DNA from: Octopus bimaculoides
Lineage: Eukaryota
DNA: 64,000 nt
Assembly: GCF_001194135.2 (NCBI RefSeq)
Contig: NC_068981.1
Location: 19,276,327-19,340,326 of the forward strand
Direction: 5' to 3'
This document shows positions 51,129 to 63,450 of the stretch, in pieces. The notes beneath the pieces are model-generated. The model had not been told where the DNA came from and ran no database searches. It saw only the letters and a program-made list of their open reading frames with translations. Position 1 is the first letter of the stretch. Every line of letters begins with the position of its first letter. Position numbers and translations under genes: made by a program.

Positions 51129-51722
51129 TATCTACATCACTTGATCCATTGCAGAAAAAGAAATTACCAATCTGTTTAAGTACACATTAAATCCAGTAGT
51201 TCCAGAGTGTTGAAACTAATAATTTGCTTAGTATAAGTGTTTAACTCTTTATTTAATATCACAGACTCGTCAATGGAGAACCCAGCCCACACAGTATCAA
51301 GGTATGATATAATATATGTAAAAGTAGACATTATAAACATGTCAAGTTTACTTATTTCTCCATTAGACCTGTACCTTTCACTTTTTCCAATCTTCCTACA
51401 TTGATTTTTCTTTCAAGAGCTTGGCATTTACATCAGTAAACTCATATTTTGTACACTTTATCTTCTGCTATTAAGTGGTCGCTAATATTTCTCCTCTCCA
51501 TTATTACGATCAGTCACTTGTATGCTGATATAAGACAAGCAGTGAGCCTATAATGCCGTGACATATTGATCTATAGCAATTTTCCAAAACCAACACCGGC
51601 TATCAAGCGGTGGGGAACAAGCAAACACACACACACACACGTGCACGCACATACACTCACTCAAACCTACACTCACTTGTATATGTGTGTGTGTCTTATA
51701 TATATATATACACACACACGTC

Positions 51723-51781
<59 letters not shown>

Positions 51782-52611
51782 CATATATATATGCGTGTGT
51801 GTGTGTGTGTGTGTATACGAAGGTCTTCCACAGTTTTCTTTTAACAAATTTACTAATAAGGCATTGGCCTGTTATTGGTCTGTTATGCCCGTTGTAAAGA
51901 CCTCAAGCTATTCCCACCGTTTCAATAACCACTCGGGTAACTTGCTCCTGATTTTGAATTAACCCCTGCATTGTTCACATTGATTCCGATAAAATGATAA
52001 ATTCTAACGCCTCCAACTGAGATTTTTACAGCATTAAACACGTGTAACATTCATGATAGTTAGGAAATCTTAAAATGCGAAAATAATAAGAATATTGGAT
52101 TTTATACATCCCTTGAACATTTATATCATACCTAGAAAAAGGAAAAAAAAGCCATTTAGCATAAAAGAATTTGAGTCTGTAATTTTTAAAAATAAAAAAA
52201 ACATGGGTGCTTTCTTTTTTAATGAGAAACTGATTTTGATAAAAACACATACACCTTCAATGTAAACAAAATATATTTAACGGAATGCATTAATACAGTT
52301 TAAATGCAAACGAAATGTATTTAGACAAAACAAAATAAATCTATGCTTAAATGCGAATGATATGCGGTTATATACAAAATGAAATATATTTATACACATC
52401 AAATGCGAGCGATATACATTTATACACAAACACACGTGTGCCTAATACATGCACATACGCAGAAAAACATTGGCACATACATTAATGATCTTCCTCATTA
52501 TGTCCCTTGAGAGAAACCTGTCAAGTTTTTCTGGAAGTATTTATAAATTATTTTTATAAATAGTTATTTATGCAAGAAAAATTACATTTGCAATAATAAT
52601 AATAATAATAA

Positions 52612-53062
52612 TAATCCTTTCTATTATAGGAAGAAGACCTGACTTTTGTAGAGAGGTGCTAATCGATCATATCGACCCCAGTGCTCAATTGGTACTTATT
52701 TTATCGACTTCGAAAAAATAAAGGACAAAGTCAACCTCGACGGAATTTGAACTCAGAACGTAAAGATGAACGAATTATAGCTAAGCACTTTGCCCGACGT
52801 GCTAACGATTTTGCAAGTTTGCTGTCCTAATAATGATAATAATAATGGTTTCAAATTTTGCCACAAGGGCAGTAATTTTTGGAGGGGAGGAGATGGGTCG
52901 ATTACATCAACCCCAGTGCTCGAGTGGTAGTTATTTTATCGACTCCGAAAGAATGAAAGGCAAAATCGACTTCGGTGGAATTTGAACTCAGAACGCGTAA
53001 AGATGGACGAAATATAGCTAAGCATTTCGTCTGATGTGCTAACGATTCTGCCTGCTCGCTGC
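52612..53062 (-). mobile_element. Two head-to-tail SINE family B (B2) copies
   Basis: Two minus-strand units separated by a (TAA)n-like tail at ~52828-52846. Confidence 0.85.
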
Positions 53063-53175
<113 letters not shown>

Positions 53176-54363
53176 AGGAGATGTTTTCAGATGTGTTCGT
53201 TACTGAGAAGACAAAATTAAGCCGAAACACAACAAAACACTGTCGATCCGCCGACGGTATTACAAGTGCGCTCTGATTTTAACATACAAGCCTCTTTGAG
53301 AAGTTTTTCTGGAAACAAAATATTACAGCTAGCATCGTTCCACACTTGTATATACAAGACACATCATTATTCTAACCTAATACTGTTCCAAGTGCGTTTG
53401 TTAATTTAAAAGAAAGTAAATTATGCTGGGCAAAATAGACATTGAACCCTGGAGCTGCTAAAAAATAGATGTAGCATGAAAGAAAACTGAAACCTTGGTG
53501 ATGTAGAAATAATTGACAGTTGGAAACATCTAAATCAATATAAAACAACACAATTGCAAATTGAGTGTGAGTGAGTGTGTGTGTGTGTGTGTGTGTGTGT
53601 TTGTAGTACAGTTACTGTTAAGAAAGATTCAAAACACAAGGAGCAAAAATAAAACAGTAATTTATAATATAACATTTGTTATATTCCTCCAATAGTGTAA
53701 ATTGGCAAGGCGGCGACCTTGCAGTATTGTTTGTATGTCTGATAAAATGATTAGTGACATTTCTTCCGGGGTTTTGCGTCTGGGTTAAAATGCTACTGAA
53801 GTCAATTTTGTGTTTTATCCTTTTACTGTACCAGTTGAACACTGGGTTCGATCTACTGATAAAGTCTTGAACAGAAGGGTTAATAGTAGCAACCAGGGAC
53901 AAACACTTCTAAGTCTGACATTAGCTAAAATGAACCCTCGCTAGCTCAAAATGAAACTCATGAATTATACACGCTGACCACAAGGAGCATTTTGTGAAAC
54001 AATTAAGCATAGAACCACTTCACAGGGTACTCGTCACTTTCCTGAAACCACAATTATTTCTCTCTTCCAAATAGTCCGAGGTCGAAAATGTGAACCTAAG
54101 CCACTTGTATTACTTTTTCCTGGCACACTTCTCTTCTTTCCTTTCATTTTTGTCTCTCCGTCGACTTTCCTCTAACATCCGAGAAGGACTGTCCGAAACG
54201 TTACACTTTTATCTATAACTTTTACTCATTAAGTATCGACTTGATTATATCAACTGTGACCATTCTTGTTTTTTTGTATTCAATTTGCATTATTCTTATA
54301 TACATACATACATGCATGCATCCATTCGTACATACATATATACATACATATATACATACATAC

Positions 54364-54767
54364 ATACTCTTTTATTCTTTTATTTGTTTCACTCATTTGA
54401 CTGCGGCCATGCTGGAGCACCACCTTTAGTCGAACACATCGAACCCAGGACTTATTCTTTGTAAACCTAGTACTTATTCTATCAGTCTCTTTTGCCGAAA
54501 CGCTAAGTTACTGGGACGTAAACACACCACCATCGGTTGACAAGTGATGGTGGGGGGACAAACAGACACACACATACATATACATATAAATATATATATA
54601 TATACGACGGGCTTCTTTCAGTTTCCGTCTACCAAATCTACTCACAAGGCTTTGGTCAGCCCGAGGCTATAGTAGAAGACACTCGCCCAAGGTGCCACGT
54701 AGTGGGACTGAACCCAGAAACATGTGGTTGGTAAGTAAGCTACTTACCACACAGCCACTCCTGCGCC
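54364..54767 (-). mobile_element. SINE family A, full length
   Basis: Colinear with 1-432. Confidence 0.9.
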
Positions 54768-54779
54768 TTTCATACATAC

Positions 54780-55090
54780 ATACATACATGATGATGGTAG
54801 TCCCTCGCTATCTGTGAAAGACGGTTCTGGAATTTCTGGTTGGGGACGACCTGCACAAATGATTTGTTTATTGTAATCAAACGTATATCCTTTACATTCG
54901 CTCCCTCCTTCTACTAAATCGACGTTACCTGAACTGGTGCACGGTGTACCACACGTCAAGCGTCGAAACGATCGCAGAGTAACTTGAGGTGAAGTGTTTT
55001 GCTCAAGAACACAACCAGGTCCAGGAATTGAAACCACGAACTTTCAATTGTGGGTGCAACGCCCTAACCACCGGGCCATGCACCTTCAAC
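54780..55090 (-). mobile_element. tRNA-derived CORE-like SINE, family E
   Basis: Minus strand TGAAGGTGCATGGCCCGGTGGTTAGGGCG...GGTTTCAATTCC...GTTCTTGAGCAAAACACTTCAC. Confidence 0.6.
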
Positions 55091-55560
55091 ATACATTCAT
55101 ACACACATATACATACATACATACGGACAATACATACATGCATACATACATACATACGCACATACATACGTACATACATGCGCACATACATACATTCATA
55201 CATACATACATACATACGCACATACATACAAACATACATACATACGCACATACATACATACATACATACGCACATACATACAAATCTGCATACATACATA
55301 CATACATACATACATACATACATACATGCATACATACATACGTACGTTCGTAGAAACAATTGAATAAATCGCTATTTTTACTGGCAGCTTATCAAGCATT
55401 ACAAAATGGATACCAAAGAAAAACAGCAACGAGATAATCCTGAAAAGGTTAGCTGGCCATTCATATTCTTGATGATATGGTTGTTTAATCACAGGTCAGT
55501 TTCTAATCGATTGAGCAGGCTTACGATCAAAGGTGTTCCAGTAATAGCCTTGCTGTTTTG

Positions 55561-55603
<43 letters not shown>

Positions 55604-55872
55604 TGTCCTTCCATATTATCACACTTAGACTGTTATTTCAGAGGTATTTGGTTGCTAGCAAATCGAATGAATGTTTAGAGACTTACTCTCTGAACAACAA
55701 GTTGCAAGGTTTAACAACACTGCAGAACATAGACACAAATTCATACAACCTTAAAAGACCACAAAAACCGAACGTGTCCTACGACTGTAATTTTAAATCA
55801 AGTTCCAGGAATATATCAATCAATGATACGGAAAATATAATGAAAGCTTTCTAAATACAATATATATATATA

Positions 55873-56073
55873 GCTGGGAGTTGTGGCGTGCTCCTGTAAT
55901 CCAGCTACTCGGAGGCTTGGTTGGTTGGCCGGTTTGAGGATGGGAGTCCTGGTAGTCGGTCTTCTATGGCGATCGGGTGTCCACGCTAAGCTCGGCATCA
56001 ATATGGTGCTGAAGAGGGAGCTCATCAGGACCAGGTTGTCTAAGGAGGATCGCTTCTGCCCAGGGCGAAAACG
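55873..56073 (+). pseudogene. RN7SL-like: 7SL (SRP) RNA copy, 3'-truncated after the helix 8 loop
   Basis: GCTGGGAGTTGTGGCGTGCTCCTGTAATCCAGCTACTCGGAGGCT (Alu-domain 5' part); ATGGCGATCGGGTGTCCACGCTAAGCTCGGCATCAATATGGTG and CCAGGTTGTCTAAGGAGG...CCCAGGGCGAAAACG closely match metazoan 7SL. The 3' ~100 nt are missing; (TA)n on both sides. Confidence 0.9.
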
Positions 56074-56224
56074 CATATATATATATATATATAATACAAA
56101 AAATATATATGCATGTATACCCACATATATGTACATACTTACATCTACATGTGTATATAGATGCATATGAGGGTACAGGACGTTAGAATAATGAACTACA
56201 GACAACGGAACGAACACATAGGAA

Positions 56225-56467
56225 AACAGATAGCCACATGGATCCGGGTTCAGTCCCACTATGTGACACCTTGAGCAAGTGTCTTCTACTAAAGCTTCGG
56301 GCCGACCAAAGCGTTGTGAGATGATTTGGTAAACGGATCCTGAAAGAAGCCCATCATACATATGTGTCTGTGTCTGTGTCTTTTTTTCTGTGTTTGTGCC
56401 CCACCACCACTTGACAACTTAGCGGTTCGCAAAATGAAACGATAGAGTAAGTACCAGGATTTACAAA
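56225..56467 (+). mobile_element. SINE family A, diverged and partial
   Basis: CCACATGGATCCGGGTTCAGTCCCACT...CCTTGAGCAAGTGTCTTCTACTA...CGGGCCGACCAAAGC. Confidence 0.8.
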
Positions 56468-56930
56468 TAGTTACTCTATTAACTAATATGTACTAGGGTC
56501 AATAGATAAATAGATACATGCATGTAAGTATGTATACATATGTGTATGCGTATGACCAATGGACCAATTAATACCATCGAATTCAAAGCCGTTTGGTTGC
56601 AAAGCGGACGTCTTAATTACGTGGCCACGTAATTATCTCATCTTTTTTTTACTTCATTATCACTGTCTACATTCTGATTATCTGTTCAATTGTTTCCTCC
56701 ACTATTGCATGCACTCAATATGCGTGAAATAACGTTGTGTTTCTGGACAGTGCGAGTTCAATTCCCACTGGTGTCAATTTTGCTTTTCCACTTTCGAGGA
56801 ATCTGTAAAATAAACACTAGACATCTGTTGAGGTCGATTAAATCAACTTATGTTCCTCTCACAAAATTTGTAGCCTTTAGCTAAAATCAGAAATCAATAT
56901 TCCTTATTATTATCATTATTATTATTATTG

Positions 56931-57007
<77 letters not shown>

Positions 57008-57141
57008 TTGTGATTTATTGTGAATTTGTGTTCTTTTTCTTTACCTTATTTTTTTCTATGCTATACCGCACTATCAAGTCAACTTTGATTATTGGCTATG
57101 TTCCCATAACATAACAATAACAACGTGACCGTGTGGTGTGA

Positions 57142-57209
<68 letters not shown>

Positions 57210-57625
57210 NNNNNNNNNNNNNNNNNNNNNNNNNNNNNNNNNNNNNNNNNNNNNNNNNNNNNNNNNNNNNNNNNNNNNNNNNNNNNNNNNNNNNNNNNNN
57301 NNNNNNNNNNNNNNNNNNNNNNNNNNNNNNNNNNNNNNNNNNNNNNNNNNNNNNNNNNNNNNNNNNNNNNNNNNNNNNNNNNNNNNNNNNNNNNNNNNNN
57401 NNNNNNNNNNNNNNNNNNNNNNNNNNNNNNNNNNNNNNNNNNNNNNNNNNNNNNNNNNNNNNNNNNNNNNNNNNNNNNNNNNNNNNNNNNNNNNNNNNNN
57501 NNNNNNNNNNNNNNNNNNNNNNNNNNNNNNNNNNNNNNNNNNNNNNNNNNNNNNNNNNNNNNNNNNNNNNNNNNNNNNNNNNNNNNNNNNNNNNNNNNNN
57601 NNNNNNNNNNNNNNNNNNNNNNNNC

Positions 57626-58522
57626 AGTTACTTTTTTGGAGCCACCCACGTCCTTTTGGTATCTCAATTATAATTATTCATGGTGCATACGTGTGGCTTT
57701 TGCCAAACGTTTATCATATTGTGCTCTGTGTGCTCCGCCCCATTTCCTCCTCAGACAGCACAATATTCTTCCTGCAGGCCATTCAGCACTTCCACCCAGT
57801 TATTGTTAATTGTTTGGACAATCATGAATTTCAGGTGCTCCCATGGGAAGTTGGTACTTTGTTTGGTTTTTTTTTTTCGTAGGGAACTTTCTAGCGTTTT
57901 GCATTCGGTTTATAATCATTGGTTTTTCTTTTTGTCTTTCTGTCCGCGACAGTTTCTCACATTTTTCCAGGATATTTCTCTTTTCTGTCGCCACAAAATA
58001 ATAGAATATGACTAACTGCTCCTGTGTCTGTAGCCAGCATTGTACTGGCAAAGAAGACCCTCCCCCTCCACCACCACCAGCAGTTTCTCGGTTCCCTATC
58101 TCGTTGGCCCCTGATGCCGATGTTACTAGCCCTGAAGTGATTTCATTTATCCCTCTTTCTGCTCTATTTATACTCGGGGCTTCGGATATTGGTGTTGTTG
58201 ACACCAAGGAAGCAGTAACCATAGTCTTCTACAACTGTTTCCGCTCCCTCCCATCTTTTTCCTCTTTTCCCTTTCTGAGGCGTAGATCATCACGTGGTTC
58301 AGGTTCATATTAAAGCTGTCACAAGATTTCGAGTGAAAGTAGCAAAATGGGTAAACCAAAATTAACTAATCCCCACAAAATGTAACAAAATAAAATGAAA
58401 ATATTTCAGATTGAAGAATTTCAACCATGTTTCATGATCTGCTATCAGAAGAGCTCCTTTATAAGATCCAATTAGCTCAAGTCATCATCAGGAGGAACCA
58501 CATCTGGTTTCGGCCCCTACTC
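57626..58522 (-). mobile_element. Probable Tx1/L1-like ORF1 remnant
   Basis: Minus frames: N-terminal block shared with 50330-50530, a degenerate Cys/His knuckle (SKSCDSFNMNLNHVMIYA) and a low-complexity S/T/G-rich stretch; ends at an N-gap. Confidence 0.45.
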
Positions 58523-58945
58523 CTCTGGCAGAAACGTTAGCACGCCGGGCGAAATGCTTAGCGGTATTTCGTCTGCCGCTACGTTCTGAGTTCAAATTTC
58601 GCTGAGGTCGACTTTTCCTTTCATCCTTTCGAGATCGATTAAATAAGTACCAGTTACGCATTGGGGTCGATATAATCGACTTAATCCGTTTATCTGTCTT
58701 TGTTTGTGCCCTCTATATTCAGCCCCTTGTGGACAATAAAGAAATAAGAATCGTTACACGCCGGGCGAAATGCTTAGTGATATTTCGTTAGGAGTTCAAA
58801 TTCCGCCGAGGTCGACTTTGCCTTTCATCCTTTCGGAGTTGATAAATTAAGTACCAGCTGCGTACTGGAGTCGAACTAATCGACTGCACCCCACTCCCAC
58901 CGCCGCAAAAAAAATCTCGGGCCTTGTGCCTAGAGTAGAAAAGAC
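58523..58945 (+). mobile_element. SINE B1 immediately followed by SINE B2
   Basis: B1 58523-58748 ends CCCCTTGTGGACAATAAAGAAATAA; B2 58749-58945 ends GGCCTTGTGCCTAGAGTAGAAAAGACT. Confidence 0.9.
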
Positions 58946-58957
58946 TACCTTTCCTTT

Positions 58958-59290
58958 GTGAAAGCGCATGGCTTAGTGGTTAGGGTATTCGGCTCACTTC
59001 GTAAGGTCGTGAGTTCAATTCTTGGCAGCACGTTCTGTCCTTGAGCAAGACACTTGCTCCACTCCACTCACGTTGCTCTAGTCCACTCAGCCGGCAAGAA
59101 CGAGTTGCACCTGTGATTCAAGGTGCCAGCCCTGTCACACTCTGTGTCACACTGAATCCCCCTCAGAACTACATTAAGGATACGCGTGTCTATTTAGTGC
59201 TCAGCCACTCGCACGTTAATTTTACGAGCAAGCTTTTCCGTTGACCAGATAAACTGGAACCCTCCTCGTCGCAACCGACGCAGTACCAGT
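58958..59290 (+). mobile_element. SINE family D, full length
   Basis: GTGAAAGCGCATGGCTTAGTGGTTAGGG...GAGTTCAATTC...GTCCTTGAGCAAGACACTT (CORE-like). Confidence 0.85.
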
Positions 59291-59423
59291 ATCCTTTCTT
59301 CGCTATCTAAATCCTTTTACATGTCATTTCCCTTTCTTCGTCTTTTTGTGCCATCTTTTGAGATGACTTCCATTTCGTGCAATTTGTTTCAAGGTAGTTT
59401 TTTGATACATAAAATTTTGCATA

Positions 59424-59842
59424 GGCGCAGGAGTGGCTGTGTGGTAAGTAGCTTGCTTACCAACCACATGGTTCCGGGTTCAGTCCCACTGCGTGGCATT
59501 TTGGGCAAGTGTCTTCTACTATAGACTCGGGCCGACCAAAGCCTTGAGTGGATTTGGTTGACGGAAACTGAAAGAAGACCGTCGTATATGTGTATATGTA
59601 TATATATATGTATGTGTGTGTGTGTGTGTGTCTGTGTTTGTCCCTCCCCCAACATCGCTTGACAACCGATGCTGGTGTGTTTACGTCCCCGTAACTTAGC
59701 GGTTCGGCAAAATAGACCGATAGAATAAGTACTAGGCTTACAAAGAATAAGTCCTGGGATTGATTTGCTCAACTAAAGGCGGTGCTCCAGCATCGCCGCA
59801 GTCAAATGACTGAAACAAGTAAAAGAGTAAAAGAGTAAAGAG
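59424..59842 (+). mobile_element. SINE family A, full-length reference copy
   Basis: A and B boxes, CORE-like segment, internal (TA)/(TG) tract, tail (GTAAAAGA)n. Confidence 0.9.
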
Positions 59843-59933
59843 AGAGTATTCATAGAAGTTTTCAATGAAAGCGATTTTTCCTCAGATATTAATCAATAGA
59901 GAAACTATTATTTCAGTACCAGTTAAAGAAGTT

Positions 59934-60235
59934 GAGGCGCAATGGCTCAGTGGTTAGGGCAGCGGACTCGCAGTCGGAGGATCGCGCTTTCGATTCCCAG
60001 ACCAGGCGTTGTGTGTGTTTATTGAGCGAAAACACCTAAAGCTCCACGAGGCTCCGGTAGGGGGTGATGGCGACCCCTGCTGTACTGTCTCGCCCCAACT
60101 TTCTCTCACTCTTTCTTCCTGTTTCTTGAATAACGCTGTGATGGACTGGCGTCCCATCCAGCTGGGAGGGGGACACATATGCCATAGAAACCGGGAAACA
60201 GGGCCCAAGAGCCTAGCTAGGCTTTAAAAGGGCGA
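59934..60235 (+). mobile_element. SINE family C (V-domain-like) with 14-bp TSD
   Basis: tRNA head GAGGCGCAATGGCTCAGTGGTTAGGGCAGCGGACTCGCAGTC; GCTGTGATGGACTGGCGTCCCATCCAG at 60135-60161; TSD ACCAGTTAAAGAAG (59918-59931) / ACCAGTTGAAGAAG (60247-60260). Confidence 0.85.
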
Positions 60236-60246
60236 ATCAGAAGAAG

Positions 60247-61300
60247 ACCAGTTGAAGAAGATTGGAAAATTTGTCATTGATTTTGACAGTCAAGGAAAAC
60301 ATATTTGTCACCTCACTTTTCATGGAAAATATTGTACTAAAATCTTTCTCGTTCCTTTTCTGATACCATCTTGTAATGTAATTTTTCTCTCTCCAATTTT
60401 GGCAGCAAATGGGCTAATTTACTGTAAAGATCCTCGAGAAACTGTGACCAGAGTATAAAACAAAATCGTTGATTCATTTACTTTGCAAGTCAAACACGAA
60501 AATCATTGGCTTTTTACTTCTAAGTTCTTGAAGCTCATTCAGAAGAAATTTCCTCTTTATTTTCCTAATAAATACTTTCAACTTTGGCACCACGATAAAT
60601 GCCATTGGTGTTAAATTAAGCTGGAGAATTAGCAGCATTGATCTTAGAGACATCGTTATTCCTTAGAATTTCTTTCTGAATGAAATTACTCAGGATTCCT
60701 TCAAAACTCAACTTAATAGCGTTCTTAAGTTTGAGAATTCCAGAACTTTCTACTTGAAATTTTATAGGGATCTTATTTACGCCTGGCAATATTATTAGAA
60801 AATATTGGAACGTTTTCATATTCAGCTAAGTACCCCGGTCAGTTTGACAAATATCAACATTCACACTTTGCTTAATTCTTCTAAATAATCTGGTACTTCT
60901 GGACAAACCTTTGATACCTGTAAAGTGCATTCAAGGATAAGCACACAGTGCATATGAAGAGAGATAGGAGTGTTTGCTTTAGTAAATATTAAACATCCCT
61001 TTTCTGGTCCATCATAACAGGCATTATCACTTACAAAGCCGATAAGGTTATTAAACGGAATACCTTGCTGTTTAAAGGAAGATTCAATGGAATTATAAAT
61101 TCTCTGAACAGTGCAATCTTTAATCTCATTATTCTATATAGCAATCATAATACCCAGATACCAACTCAAGTTACTTAAAAGTAAATACGTCGGTTGTTTT
61201 ATCTAAAATTGAGAAACTTTTGTTTCTGCAATTGAGAAATAAGATTGTCAAAATAAGTATTACCGATAATATGACATGGGTTTAGCAATTTGGGAATCAG
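60247..61300 (-). mobile_element. hAT-family transposase remnant
   Basis: Minus frames give NNLIGFVSDNAC (catalytic D motif ..SDNA..), LFICTVCLSL (CxxH-like region) and downstream helical segments. Many stops; interrupted by the family C SINE. Confidence 0.65.
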
Positions 61301-61639
61301 GGTAGATATTTCTAATGAGGCTAACTAAGGTGATGTGTTTTATAGGCAAACTATACTCAGCAATTAACGCACATACTTCCATTTCTCATGCTGCTACTTG
61401 AGCTACCTGAAAGGAAAAACGAAGAGCCTTTATAAAGTTTCTTTAAGAGTCTGTTTTCCAAAGATAATGACTTTTAATGATTTTCTATCTTTACGATGTC
61501 TTTCCAACAATGTTACACCTCCCACAATTTTACGGATACGAATTTGCACAAAACTGTATGTATTTTACTATCAGACATTTGGTTTCCCCTTCGTTTTCCA
61601 TCGAGAACGCTCCGGAAAATAGTATGAACATTGATCAAT

Positions 61640-61945
61640 GCAAAATGTCCGTGTGAATGGGCCTACTCTGAAAATTCACTTGTAAACCGGAGGAGTTGAG
61701 AAGGAGAGGGGCGCCAACCGAGGGGCCCCTAGCGGTCGGGGTAACTAGAATGTGCAGGACAGATGTGTGGAGTTCCTAGGTTGCCTCTGGGAGGAATTCA
61801 CCCCTTTGGAGAATTTTTTATTACTTAATTGTATTGTTATTGCTATTTATAGTATATTCGACATAGTTCCAAACTCCACTTGTCCCTTCTGTTGTATTGT
61901 CTCTATTTGTTTTGTGTTCGGCCCTTGTGGCCAATAAAAAAATCA
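61640..61945 (+). mobile_element. Tx1/L1-like 3' end (ORF2 terminus + 3' UTR)
   Basis: QNVRVNGPTLKIHL* parallels VNGFTLNMRP of the 42-kb element; 3' UTRs align (GAAG.AGAGGG..GCCC.TAG.GGTC.GGG); ends GGCCCTTGTGGCC-AATAAA. Confidence 0.65.
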
Positions 61946-62290
61946 TTATTGTCATATTTGTACATCAAACAAATCAGATGAAACCAATAATGGGAAACAA
62001 ATATTTCAAATCAGTCCCCAAAATGTTTCTACTCTCGTTCGATTTGGCGATGAAGTTATTCAGGAGGATGTTTATCGTGTTTATCATTGCTCCCACAAAA
62101 ACTTTAGTGGGTGCACCTGCACCCTCTATTCCCGAGCTCATGACATGGCTACAGTTGGAACAATGGCTTAGCAACAAAGTAGCAAGGGTTCTCAGTAGCC
62201 TACGTCAACGGCACTTTTAGCATTTCTTTCTTAATTGAAACGAATAAACTCGATTTAATACACATACACATGCACACACTCGTATCCACA

Positions 62291-62329
<39 letters not shown>

Positions 62330-63142
62330 GATATATACATACATATATATNNNNNNNNNNNNNNNNNNNNNNNNNNNNNNNNNNNNNNNNNNNNNNNNNN
62401 NNNNNNNNNNNNNNNNNNNNNNNNNNNNNNNNNNNNNNNNNNNNNNNNNNNNNNNNNNNNNNNNNNNNNNNNNNNNNNNNNNNNNNNNNNNNNNNNNNNN
62501 NNNNNNNNNNNNNNNNNNNNNNNNNNNNNNNNNNNNNNNNNNNNNNNNNNNNNNNNNNNNNNNNTACATATACATACACACACACACACATATATATATA
62601 TATATGTATGCATGTATGGATATATAGATGTATATATATGGCGTACGTGTATATGTGTATATCAGTGTGTGATATTGGCTGACAGTGTGTCAGCGTTGCT
62701 TTCTGTAATACAATATATTTTTGTCAAGATAGTAATTTAAAAGCGCACAAATTTTTTCTACGGCAAAAGGAAAACTAATTTCTAATATCGCTTTAATTTC
62801 AATGATATATATGTGTGTATGTGTGTGTGTGTGTGTGTGTGTATCGAAAAGTATGTATGTACATATGTGTATATATACATGCATACACACACACATATAC
62901 ATTTGACAGAGAGGGAATTTTATTTAAGCATTGTATTATAATTTCCTGAAATATCAATTGGCTTCAATTCGTTAAATTTTGAAAATTACGCAAATCACTT
63001 TAATGTTTTATTTATATTTAAATTTCTAGTCTTCATTCTTATTTTTTTCTTCTTTTGCCTTTCTCTTCATTGTTTATCAGCCAGCAAACGCAGTGAAATT
63101 TAGCATGTATAGTAGTTGTTTCAACACACACAGACACAGACA

Positions 63143-63211
<69 letters not shown>

Positions 63212-63249
63212 GTATGTATATGTATATATAAGGATTTACTTTTTGTAAT

Positions 63250-63450
63250 GAGATAAAAGACCAAGGCTGTGTATAATATAGAACATTTATAAATAGAATG
63301 TCTTACAGCTGTTTCCAGGGTATTTATTATATCCCTTCATCGGAGACGGTGTGAGANNNNNNNNNNTAATATAGAACATTTATAAATAGAATGTCTTACA
63401 GCTGTTTCCAGGGTATTTATTATATCCCTTCATCGGAGACGGTGTGAGAG
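63250..63450 (-). mobile_element. Penelope-like terminal repeat with hammerhead motif (duplicated across a 10-N gap)
   Basis: Minus strand GTCT-CCGATGA-AGGG..CCCT-G-GAAA-CAGCTG-TA-AGAC at 63300-63347 and 63393-63440; homologous to the 38.3-38.7 kb arms. Confidence 0.7.

Noticed and set aside
55873-56073. Functional SRP RNA gene
   Set aside because: Lacks the 3' third needed to close the Alu domain and helix 5, and has no terminator or upstream promoter context.
63367-63447. Apparent tandem hammerhead dimer at 63300 and 63393
   Set aside because: The two copies are identical and flank a 10-N gap, typical of an unmerged contig overlap. Not counted as a biological tandem, although tandem pLTRs do exist and long reads could rescue it.
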